This document shows positions 32,528-40,163 of a DNA stretch of 48,594 bases, piece by piece; the stretch's first letter is position 1, and each line of letters begins with the position of its first letter. The notes under the pieces were generated by a model. The model did no database searches. It had not been told where the DNA came from and worked only from the letters and a program-made list of their open reading frames with translations. Source of the DNA: Acidimicrobiales bacterium (GTDB taxonomy: Bacteria; Actinomycetota; Acidimicrobiia; Acidimicrobiales; Palsa-688); the NCBI GenBank assembly GCA_035702845.1, contig DASSZK010000272.1, forward strand, positions 1 to 48,594. Direction: 5' to 3'. The position numbers and the translations under genes were made by a program.

Positions 32528-32584
32528 CGCTGAGCCGTGAGCCCTGATGCTCGGCCCTTGGGGCCTGAGCCCCGGAGGGTCGCG

Positions 32585-35395
32585 CTAACCGCCTAGCCGG
32601 CGCACCAACAGCAGGCAGCAGTCGTCAGAACGGCGGGTGCAGTGCTCTTCAACGAGTGCGTCGGCCAGGACGTCCAAGTCTTTCGAGGCCCACTCCTGCG
32701 CAGTGGCCAGGAGCCGGGCTATGCCCAGCCCGAGGTCCTCCTGGCGCCTTTCCACTGCCCCGTCGCTGTAGAGAACCAGAGTCTCGCCCTGCCTGAGGAC
32801 GAAGTCGTGGTCCGTGGACGCCACATCGAGGGGTGCCCCCAAAGCCGCGCCGCCCCCGGGAGCCAGGAGCTCTCCTTTGCCGTCCGCGAACAGGTGCAGC
32901 GGCGGTAGGTGCCCGGCGCTCGCCCAGGTCAAGGTGCCTGTGGCGGGGTCGAGCCTGCCATAAAAGGCTGTGGCGATACCAGAATCGGCGCGCCCCAGGC
33001 GCCGGTTGAGGTCGGCCAGGAGCGCGGCGGGGCTGCGTTCGACGGACGCGAGCGCCCTCGCTCCGTGGCGTAGCTGGAGCATCTGCGAAACCGCCGGGAC
33101 GCCGTGGCCTGCCGCGTCGCCAAGGCCGATGAGCACGGCACCGTCAGCCAGCACGTCGACCTCCCACCAGTCGCCGGCGACCCTGCCGTCGGCGGGCAGG
33201 TAGCGCGACGCGAAAGCGTAGCCCGGCACTTGCGGCGGTGCGGCAGGTAGCAACGCCGTGACCAAGGAACGCACAAGCTGTTCCCGAGCGGCCCAGTTCC
33301 GGGCGTTGTCAAGGGCCACAGCCGCTCTGTCGGCTAGGCCCGCCAGCGCCTCCTGGACGGCCCGAGTGGGGCCTCTCCTCCCGGATAAAAACGTCAAGCC
33401 GATGACCCCGACCACCTCGCCGCGAAGGACAATGGGGACGCACACGCCGCTCGTGCTCTCGACCTTCCAGCCCTGGCGCTCGAAATCCAGTTCCGGATAG
33501 AGGTCCTGCCTCAGCGCTTCGGTGTTGTAATGGGGGGGCTGAGCATGGCCCGTGCGAAAGGCGCGGGTCTGGGGCAGTTCCAGCGCCAGGTCCAATTTCG
33601 TGCCCTGTAGCCCCAGCGCCACATCAGGGTGGGAGTCGATGGCTACTGCCGCTCGCCGGAGGTATTGGCCCGTCTCGTCGGGCAGGTAGACCGTGCACCA
33701 GTCGCCCAAAACCGGCACGGCGAGGCGGACGAACTCCTCGAGGACCTGTGCCGGTTCGCGCACCGAGGTCATGATCTGGGACGCGTCGGCCAGGAAGTCG
33801 AGTGTCTGGCGGCGCTCTTGCTCCCTGGCGGCGAAGTCGGCCCGGGCCAGGGCTTGAGAAAGCACCCCGGCAAGAGACGAAACCAGGGCCAGCTCGTCCT
33901 CATCGCCCAGGGCGCCGGCGCCAAAGGTGAGGCTCAACATCCCAAAACGCAGGCCGCCTGAAGCGAGGGGGACGATCCGGACGCTCAGGTCCTTGTTGTA
34001 AAACGCCAGGAGGTCGCTGCGTCCACCGAATTCTTCGGCCAGCGAGCGGATCGCCACCGGCTCTCCCGTGCGCACTGCACGAGCGCTGGAGAACTCCGAG
34101 TGCAGGGAATAGGCAGGGAGAGCCTCGGATGGCTCATTGGGACGACGGCCTCGCCAAGCGACCGACTGGAGCATGTCGTCGTCGTCCAACAGCCGGACGC
34201 GCGCCGTCTCGACTTCGGTCAGCTCCATGACGCCCTCGACAACGACCTCCGCCATGGCTCGGGGGTCGGTGAGGGTGGCCAGATCGCGGCTGACGCGCTG
34301 TAACAGTCCCAGACGTGCTGACATGTGTTCGAGAGGGGCCAGCCGTGCTACTTCGCGGCCGAGGACGACCTGGAAGGGAAGGGGCTTGGGAGGTTCTTCA
34401 CCTTGGCTGAGAGCCCTGAGCTGTTCAACGACCCTGGTCACGTACCACCGGCGAAAAAGCCTGTGCCCGGGCGGCGAGTCCAAGGTGAGGATCTGCGCCG
34501 AGCGGGCGTAGCGGTCGATGCGGTCGAGCGCTTCCAGGTACTCCTCGCCGGCGTCGGCTGCAGAAGGGGGCAGGTGCAGGACCAGGTCCGCCACCAGGTC
34601 GCCTCGGGCGAGCGCGGCCGCGGCCTCGCGCTTGAGCTCGAGGCGCGCTGCACCGAAGCGGTGGGTGATCACGTCGAGCGCAGCGTCGAGCTCCGCCGCA
34701 CTCCACGGCCCTGCCGTCCCGGCGCCTGGTCCCTCATGGAGCAGGCCCTCCTGAAGTAGGGACAGTTCCCTCACGACATTGTCTATATGGGCCTTCGCCG
34801 CCGCCAACAGTTCCGTGGCCACGGGGCCAAGGTTCACCGTGTACACCGGCTCGGCGTCCTCGTCGTCCTGCCAGGCGGCGAGCAACGCAGCTACGTCAAT
34901 GGGGCCATGGCGGTCCGTCGCCGCTCCGTCTTGAGCCGTCAGGGAAGCGCCGTCCTGTGCGGGCGGCGCCTCGTTCGGGCACGGGCCCAGTTCGGCCCAT
35001 ACGAACTTGCCGCCGCTCGGTACGGCCGCTACGCCCCAGGCCTGGCTGAGCGTGGCGACCATTCCGAGCCCGCGCCCGGTCATGGAACCAGCGTTTGGGC
35101 GGGCCATGATCGGCGGGGTGCGCCCCGCATCATGTACTTCGACGCGCAGCCGGGACTCCGACGAGTAAACGTAAACGTCGATCGGGGCTGCGCCATGAAG
35201 TACGGCATTGGTGACGAGCTCGCTCAGGACCAGTTCAGCGTCGTAGGCGCTGTCGGGATTGACCGAGAAGCAAGAGACGACCAGTTGGCGCGCCCTGCGT
35301 ACAGCATCTGGTGCCTTATCCAGGCTGATGTGCTGGCATTGCTGCCACGTTTCAGCACTGGCCCCGGGTCGGTTCTGGGACGTGCCCACGCTCAT
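32585..35395 (-). CDS. multidomain signalling protein: RsbW-like HATPase_c kinase, linker, two GAF-like regions, PP2C/SpoIIE phosphatase
   Basis: The N-terminus ELVLSELVTNAVLHG...RVEVHD...GRGLGMV is an anti-sigma-type Ser kinase fold. The central regions, with D/E-rich loops and ...GDWCTVYL..., are typical of GAF domains. The C-terminus SRYLPADGRVAGDWWEV...IGLGDAAGHGVPA...LYSDGAVE is SpoIIE/PP2C. Confidence 0.75.
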   Translation of the reverse strand: MSVGTSQNRPGASAETWQQCQHISLDKAPDAVRRARQLVVSCFSVNPDSAYDAELVLSELVTNAVLHGAAPIDVYVYSSESRLRVEVHDAGRTPPIMARPNAGSMTGRGLGMVATLSQAWGVAAVPSGGKFVWAELGPCPNEAPPAQDGASLTAQDGAATDRHGPIDVAALLAAWQDDEDAEPVYTVNLGPVATELLAAAKAHIDNVVRELSLLQEGLLHEGPGAGTAGPWSAAELDAALDVITHRFGAARLELKREAAAALARGDLVADLVLHLPPSAADAGEEYLEALDRIDRYARSAQILTLDSPPGHRLFRRWYVTRVVEQLRALSQGEEPPKPLPFQVVLGREVARLAPLEHMSARLGLLQRVSRDLATLTDPRAMAEVVVEGVMELTEVETARVRLLDDDDMLQSVAWRGRRPNEPSEALPAYSLHSEFSSARAVRTGEPVAIRSLAEEFGGRSDLLAFYNKDLSVRIVPLASGGLRFGMLSLTFGAGALGDEDELALVSSLAGVLSQALARADFAAREQERRQTLDFLADASQIMTSVREPAQVLEEFVRLAVPVLGDWCTVYLPDETGQYLRRAAVAIDSHPDVALGLQGTKLDLALELPQTRAFRTGHAQPPHYNTEALRQDLYPELDFERQGWKVESTSGVCVPIVLRGEVVGVIGLTFLSGRRGPTRAVQEALAGLADRAAVALDNARNWAAREQLVRSLVTALLPAAPPQVPGYAFASRYLPADGRVAGDWWEVDVLADGAVLIGLGDAAGHGVPAVSQMLQLRHGARALASVERSPAALLADLNRRLGRADSGIATAFYGRLDPATGTLTWASAGHLPPLHLFADGKGELLAPGGGAALGAPLDVASTDHDFVLRQGETLVLYSDGAVERRQEDLGLGIARLLATAQEWASKDLDVLADALVEEHCTRRSDDCCLLLVRRLGG

Positions 35396-35481
35396 ACGCT
35401 ACGCGGCGGTGACTAGTGCCGCCATGCCGGCACGGCCCGCCTGGGCTCGGCGGAGCGATCGGGCGCAGGTAGGGTCGGGCC

Positions 35482-36102
35482 ATGAGCCCTGTGCAAGCCG
35501 TTTGGTTCGATCTTGGAGGCGTCTTCCTCGACTGGGACCCGCGGTACCTGTACCGCAAGTTTTTCGGTGACGACACACAAGCGATGGAGCACTTCTTGTC
35601 TGTTGTGTGCCCACCTGACTGGCATGCCGAACAGGACAGGGGGCGCCCCATCGCCGAGGCGTGTGCTGAGCGCAAGGCTCTTTACCCAGAGTACGCGCAG
35701 CTCATCGACGCGTGGGAGGCGAGGGCCGAGGAGATGATAAAAGGTGTAATACCAGGCACCGTCGAGGTGTTCGCCGAGCTGCGTTTGGCCGGTGTCAGCT
35801 GCTATGCCCTGTCCAACATGGAGCGAGAGAACTGGGAGCGCAGGTACCAGATCTACGATTTTCTGCGGTGGTTCGACGGCTATTTCATCTCCGCCCTCGA
35901 AGGGGTGATCAAGCCGGACCTCGCCTATTTCCAGAAGGCCTTGCCGAAGTTGGGTTTCAGCGGGCCTGACGTTTTTTTCGTGGACGACCGGCCGGTAAAC
36001 GTGGAGGCCGCCCGGGCGTGCGGTATCGACGCCGAGGTCTTTTGCGACGCCGGGCGGTTGCGCGAGGACCTGGTCCTGCGCCGCCTGCTACCGGCTGCCT
36101 GA
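35482..36102 (+). CDS. HAD-superfamily hydrolase (subfamily IA, FDLGGV type)
   Basis: Motif I is VWFDLGGVF, followed by ALSNME and a C-terminal [16 protein letters not shown]. Confidence 0.75.
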   Translation: MSPVQAVWFDLGGVFLDWDPRYLYRKFFGDDTQAMEHFLSVVCPPDWHAEQDRGRPIAEACAERKALYPEYAQLIDAWEARAEEMIKGVIPGTVEVFAELRLAGVSCYALSNMERENWERRYQIYDFLRWFDGYFISALEGVIKPDLAYFQKALPKLGFSGPDVFFVDDRPVNVEAARACGIDAEVFCDAGRLREDLVLRRLLPAA

Positions 36103-36825
36103 GCGCGACCGCGTGGATCTCAAGGCCGGGGTAACCATCAGGGCTGCACCCGATGCGTGCTGAGAGCCCGCGGCGCCGCTCGCCGCAGCTGCGCTTATGG
36201 CGGCAGCCTCATCGGCTGCTGCCAGCAGTTCGGCTGAGATCCCCCGGCGCGGTGCGATCACCTCGTCGATGATCCCGTACTCCAACGCCTCTTCAGCTGT
36301 CATGAAATAGTCACGGTCTATGTCCTTTTCGACTTGCTCGAGAGGCCGGCCGCTGTGGTGGGAGATGATCTGGGCCATGCGCTTGGTTATCGACATGACC
36401 TCCTTCAGGTGGATCGCCATATCAGAGGGTGCTCCGCGAGCGCCGGCCGTCCCCTGGTGGATCATGATCTTGGCGCTCGGCAGGGCGAAGCGTTTACCTT
36501 GCGCTCCTCCGCACAGGACCATGGCCGCAGCCGACATCCCCATACCTACGCAAACAGTCGACACCTCCGAGCGCACGTGCTGCATTACGTCGTAGATGGC
36601 CATACCGGCATAAGCCAGGCCACCGGGGGAGTTGATGTAGAGGGCGATGTCCTTGCCCGGCTCGACGCTGTCGAGGTAGAGGATCTCGGCCACCAGCAGG
36701 TTGGCGATTTGGTCGTCGACTTCTTGGCCAAGGAAGACGATCCGCTCGCGCAGCAGTAGCGAATAGATGTCGAAAGCCCGCTCGCCGCGGGCGGACTGGT
36801 CGAGCACGGTGGGTATCACGGACAC
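36088..36825 (-). CDS. clpP: ATP-dependent Clp protease proteolytic subunit with an intact triad and a C-terminal Ala-rich extension of about 50 aa
   Basis: I placed the start at GTG 36825, 6 nt downstream of GGAGGAAGGAG; the track ATG at 36888 is further upstream. Motifs seen: [36 protein letters not shown], catalytic Ser in [10 protein letters not shown], His in IMIHQG, Asp in [20 protein letters not shown]. The tail [23 protein letters not shown]... overlaps the HAD gene end by 15 nt. Confidence 0.85.
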   Translation of the reverse strand: MSVIPTVLDQSARGERAFDIYSLLLRERIVFLGQEVDDQIANLLVAEILYLDSVEPGKDIALYINSPGGLAYAGMAIYDVMQHVRSEVSTVCVGMGMSAAAMVLCGGAQGKRFALPSAKIMIHQGTAGARGAPSDMAIHLKEVMSITKRMAQIISHHSGRPLEQVEKDIDRDYFMTAEEALEYGIIDEVIAPRRGISAELLAAADEAAAISAAAASGAAGSQHASGAALMVTPALRSTRSRSGSR

Positions 36826-36961
36826 GGGTGGCTCCTTCCTCCGGGGGGCGGCTATCACCAACCCGGTATCTCGTATAGAAGATATCACCAGTGCGATAGG
36901 ATGCGCGAGAAGAACCTACGGCAGTCGGGAACTGGTACGACCGAATAGGTGAACCGGCCGT

Positions 36962-37001
36962 CCACAACAGGGCCCCGCCACAACAGGGCCCCGCCACAAC
37001 A
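36962..37001. repeat. tandem 16-bp direct repeat (2.5 copies) in the clpP / xre divergent intergenic region
   Basis: ccacaacagggccccg occurs at 36962..36977 and 36978..36993, followed by the partial copy ccacaaca at 36994..37001. The array ends 49 nt upstream of the XRE GTG. Confidence 0.9.
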
Positions 37002-37049
37002 TGACAAACGCCAGAACATGAACACTACGGAGAACTTGGAAGCCAGCAG

Positions 37050-37346
37050 GTGAGCGAGCGCAAGCACGAGACCGTGTTCCCGGGCTTCAAGGCGCCCGGT
37101 TTCAGGGAGCAGGGGTTGGCGCGCGAGCGCCGGTCGCTGGCGGCAGCGCTGGCGGCGAAGCGGCTCGAGCTCGGGCTGTCCCAGACAGAAGTGGCGGCGC
37201 GCATGGGGACTTCGCAATCAGCTGTTGCCCGCTTGGAGTCAGGTGAGGCGGACCTCCGGCTGTCTACGCTCGAGCGCTACGCTGCGGCCATCGGGCAGCG
37301 GCTGGGCTGGGAGCTGTGCGCCGAGCGCCCTGAGGAGCGCTCGTGA
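37050..37346 (+). CDS. XRE-family helix-turn-helix transcriptional regulator
   Basis: GTG start. The HTH is LGLSQTEVAARMGTSQSAVARLESGEADLRLSTLERYAAAIG. The stop overlaps the start of the next gene (GTGA). Confidence 0.75.
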   Translation: MSERKHETVFPGFKAPGFREQGLARERRSLAAALAAKRLELGLSQTEVAARMGTSQSAVARLESGEADLRLSTLERYAAAIGQRLGWELCAERPEERS

Positions 37347-37885
37347 GCGCGCTCGGCCAACACCTGCTCGACCAAAGGATCGTGCGCATCTGGGGCGTCC
37401 TTAACGACGAAGCCGCCACCATTGCTTGCGCTCAGCTCATGGCCATGGACGCCACGGGGGACGCCGCCGTGACGATCTACATAGCGTCGCCTGGGGGCCC
37501 ACTGCATGCGGCCATGGCCGTCGTGGACACGATCGACCTGATGGGCGTGGTAGTCGAGGTCACCAGCATGGGGGCGGTGGAAGGCACCGCTGTCGCCATC
37601 GCCGCTGCCGGCGACCGGCGCCGGGCTGCACCACATGCGCGGTTCCTCCTGACCGAACCGACGACTTCGTCCACCGGCAGTGCCAGCGAGTTGGCTGCAT
37701 GGGCTGACCAGCACCAGCGGGAGCTGGACCGGTTCGTCGCCCGGTTGGTGCGGGCCACGGGGCGCCCAGCCGAGCACGTGGAGGCGGACCTGTCCATGGG
37801 CCGTTGGCTGAGCGCGGACGAAGCGGTGCTCTACGGTCTGGTTGACGAGGTGTGGCTACCCAAAAAAGGTGGGCCAGGCGAATAG
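37343..37885 (+). CDS. ClpP-fold protein lacking the Ser-His-Asp catalytic triad (ClpR-like pseudo-protease)
   Basis: It is colinear with the neighbouring ClpP: LLDQRIVRIWG, YIASPGGPLHAAMAVVDTI, RWLSADEAVLYGLVDEV. The Ser position is Gly (SMGAVEGTAVA), the His position is Thr (RFLLTEP) and the Asp position is Gly (LSMGRW). Confidence 0.8.
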   Translation: MSALGQHLLDQRIVRIWGVLNDEAATIACAQLMAMDATGDAAVTIYIASPGGPLHAAMAVVDTIDLMGVVVEVTSMGAVEGTAVAIAAAGDRRRAAPHARFLLTEPTTSSTGSASELAAWADQHQRELDRFVARLVRATGRPAEHVEADLSMGRWLSADEAVLYGLVDEVWLPKKGGPGE

Positions 37886-38291
37886 CATCAGGGCGATAAC
37901 CTCGGCCGCCGTGGGCCCGACAAAAGAAGATTTCGAGGCCTACGTGGTTGGCACGGCAATCCTGAAAGATGGTGTCGTTGACCCGGGATCCCGAGAGATC
38001 TGCGCCGGTCATCCGGCAATCGTTAAACCGCACCCTGGTGAAGGAGCAATGGGCGAAGGTGGCGACGCCGAGGTCGCACCGCTCGAATATCACGTCGACG
38101 AACCTGGCGTGTTCGAGGTTCGCCCCGGACAGGTTGGCTTTCGTGAACCGGGAGCTGAACAGTTCGGCGTGAGCGGCATTGACTTGCGCGAGGTTGCCGC
38201 TGACCTGGGCCGCCTCGACATGAGCCTCGTCTGTCAGCAGATCCCGTTCAAGCTCATGAAGATCCGAGGGCATCCTTGGCGGCGCAGGCAC
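37560..38291 (-). CDS. pentapeptide-repeat protein; only the first ~130 codons look genuine and the 3' part may be a decayed or displaced end
   Basis: Residues ~25-125 are runs of A(D/N)LxG-type pentapeptides: ANLSGANLEHARFVDVIFERCDLGVATFAHCSFTRVRFNDCRMTGADLSGSRVNDTIFQDC. From about 37885 downward the frame reads antisense through the ClpP-like gene and gives Arg/Pro-rich low-complexity sequence until the stop at 37560. Confidence 0.5.
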   Translation of the reverse strand: MPAPPRMPSDLHELERDLLTDEAHVEAAQVSGNLAQVNAAHAELFSSRFTKANLSGANLEHARFVDVIFERCDLGVATFAHCSFTRVRFNDCRMTGADLSGSRVNDTIFQDCRANHVGLEIFFCRAHGGRGYRPDAIRLAHLFWVATPRQPDRRAPLRPRSANGPWTGPPPRARLGAPWPAPTGRRTGPAPAGAGQPMQPTRWHCRWTKSSVRSGGTAHVVQPGAGRRQRRWRQRCLPPPPCW

Positions 38292-38363
38292 GGCAACGTG
38301 TGGGCTGAGGCATCACAGAAGGGTACGCGGCGGTCCTAAGGGTCGAGCCGCGCCCGCGGCCTC

Positions 38364-38411
38364 TCAATTTCGCTCCCAGTCAATGTCGCTCCCAGTCAAT
38401 GTCGCTCCCAG
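38364..38411. repeat. three tandem 16-bp direct repeats in the pentapeptide / ABC1-kinase divergent intergenic region
   Basis: tcaatttcgctcccag at 38364..38379, tcaatgtcgctcccag at 38380..38395, and tcaatgtcgctcccag at 38396..38411. Confidence 0.9.
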
Positions 38412-38504
38412 CCCGGGAGGGCCCCGGCCCGCCGTGCTGCCGTCGCCTGCTTCCGTCTCTGAGGCAGATGGTACGGCGAACCTCGTGAGGGGTAATGGCA
38501 TGGC

Positions 38505-40142
38505 GTGGCATCTTCGCTGAAGCTGAGGCATATAGCCCGCTACGGGCAAGTGCTGCACTTGCTCGTCGGGCATCGTGACGTGCTGGACGAAGGGGAGGAG
38601 GGTTCGACTGAGGACGCCGAACGCCTGGTAGGGGAGCTTCAGCACAAGGGGCCTGCCTACGTGAAGCTGGGCCAGCTCCTCTCCAGCCGGGTCGACCTGC
38701 TGCCGCCCGCTTACGTGCAGGCACTCGGCCAGCTGAGGGACCAGGCCGAGCCAGTCGAGTTCGAAGTGGTCCGCGAGGTCGTCGAGGAGGAACTGGGCGC
38801 CCGGTTGGAGACCGTCTTCACCTCGTTTGACCGCGTGGCACTGGGAGCGGCCTCGACGGCGCAGGTGCACCGGGCGACGTTGCCGGGAGGGCGCCTGGTG
38901 GCAGTGAAGGTCCAGCGGCCCGGCGTGCGCCGGCGCATGATCGACGACCTTGATGTGATCGCCGAGCTGGCGTCATCGCTGGACGACCATGTGGACACGG
39001 CCCGGCGGGCGGGGCTGGCACAGATGGTGGGAGAGTTCCGCCGCAGCGTTATGGCGGAGCTGGACTACCGCCAAGAGGCAGGGAACTTGCGCAACCTGGC
39101 CAAGGCGTTGGAGCCATATCCCCGCTTGGTTTGCCCCGCTCCGGTCGACGAGCTTACCACCTCGCGCGTGCTGACGATGACCCTCGTCGAAGGTCAGGGG
39201 CTCGGGTCTATATCCGAGCCGGGCCACCAGGTGGCGGGCGGTGAGGAACTGGTCGAGCAACTGTTTAAGGCTTACCTGGACCAGGTGCTGATGCACGGGG
39301 TCTTCCATGCCGACCCCCACGCCGGCAACATGCTCGTGACCAAGGACGCCCACTTGGCATTGATCGACGCCGGCATGGTTGCCCACCTTTCCTCCGGGGC
39401 CCAGGACTGCCTGCTCCGCCTCCTGGTTGCGCTGACCGAAGGCAACGGGACCGAAGTCGTCGAAGTGCTGGCAAGTACCGGCGAACAGCTTGAGGATTTC
39501 GACAAGCAGGCACTCTTGCGCCAAGTCTCGGCTCTCATAGCCCCAGTGGGTGACGCGGGTATGGGCGACCTGCAGGTGGGACGGCAGTTGGCCGACCTCG
39601 CCCGGGCTTCGGTTGAGAGCGGTCTACGGCCTGCGCCCGAGCTCACCATGTTGGGTAAGGCCCTGCTCAACCTTGACGACATCGCCCGACGGCTGGCGCC
39701 TGATTACAAGCCCCGCCAGGCCATTGCCGATCACGCCATGTACCTGATGCGCCACCGCGTGATGCGGGCATCGACCCCTAGCAACCTGGTGTCGGCCGCG
39801 CTGGAAGCCAAAGATCTGGTGGAGCACCTTCCCCGTCGGGTCAACCGGGTCCTGGACTCGCTGGCCGAGGGCGATTTCCGTATGCATATCGAGGGCCTGA
39901 ACGAAGCGGGCCTTATGCGCAGCGTCCAAAAACTGGCCAACCGCTGTGCTGCGGGCCTCGCCGTGGCCGCCTTCGTGCTTGCTGCCGCCATCTTTTCCGT
40001 ACCCGCCGCCGGCCCTAAATGGATGGGAGTCTCGGCCTTCACGGTCGTGTTCCTGGGCCTCGCCTTCGTGCTGGCGGCGGGGCTGGTCATGGCTACTTTC
40101 CGCCATGACCTCCCGCAGCGCAAGAAGGCCCGGGGCGCCTAG
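38505..40142 (+). CDS. ABC1/UbiB-family atypical protein kinase with C-terminal transmembrane helices
   Basis: GTG start. Motifs seen: GPAYVKLGQLLSSRVDLLPPAYVQAL, AASTAQVHRATLPGGRLVAVKVQRPG, GVFHADPHAGNMLV, LIDAGMV. The C-terminal hydrophobic segments are AAGLAVAAFVLAAAIF and FTVVFLGLAFVLAAGLVMA. Confidence 0.85.
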   Translation: MASSLKLRHIARYGQVLHLLVGHRDVLDEGEEGSTEDAERLVGELQHKGPAYVKLGQLLSSRVDLLPPAYVQALGQLRDQAEPVEFEVVREVVEEELGARLETVFTSFDRVALGAASTAQVHRATLPGGRLVAVKVQRPGVRRRMIDDLDVIAELASSLDDHVDTARRAGLAQMVGEFRRSVMAELDYRQEAGNLRNLAKALEPYPRLVCPAPVDELTTSRVLTMTLVEGQGLGSISEPGHQVAGGEELVEQLFKAYLDQVLMHGVFHADPHAGNMLVTKDAHLALIDAGMVAHLSSGAQDCLLRLLVALTEGNGTEVVEVLASTGEQLEDFDKQALLRQVSALIAPVGDAGMGDLQVGRQLADLARASVESGLRPAPELTMLGKALLNLDDIARRLAPDYKPRQAIADHAMYLMRHRVMRASTPSNLVSAALEAKDLVEHLPRRVNRVLDSLAEGDFRMHIEGLNEAGLMRSVQKLANRCAAGLAVAAFVLAAAIFSVPAAGPKWMGVSAFTVVFLGLAFVLAAGLVMATFRHDLPQRKKARGA

Positions 40143-40163
40143 CCCTGGTAGCGCTGTGCACAG

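Noticed and set aside
37842-38339. 165-aa + strand ORF
   Set aside because: It is antisense to the well-formed pentapeptide-repeat region and has no motifs.
36962-38411. CRISPR array hypothesis for the 16-bp tandem repeats
   Set aside because: The repeat units are contiguous with no spacers, are only 16 bp long, occur in 2.5-3 copies, and differ in sequence. No cas genes are in the window.
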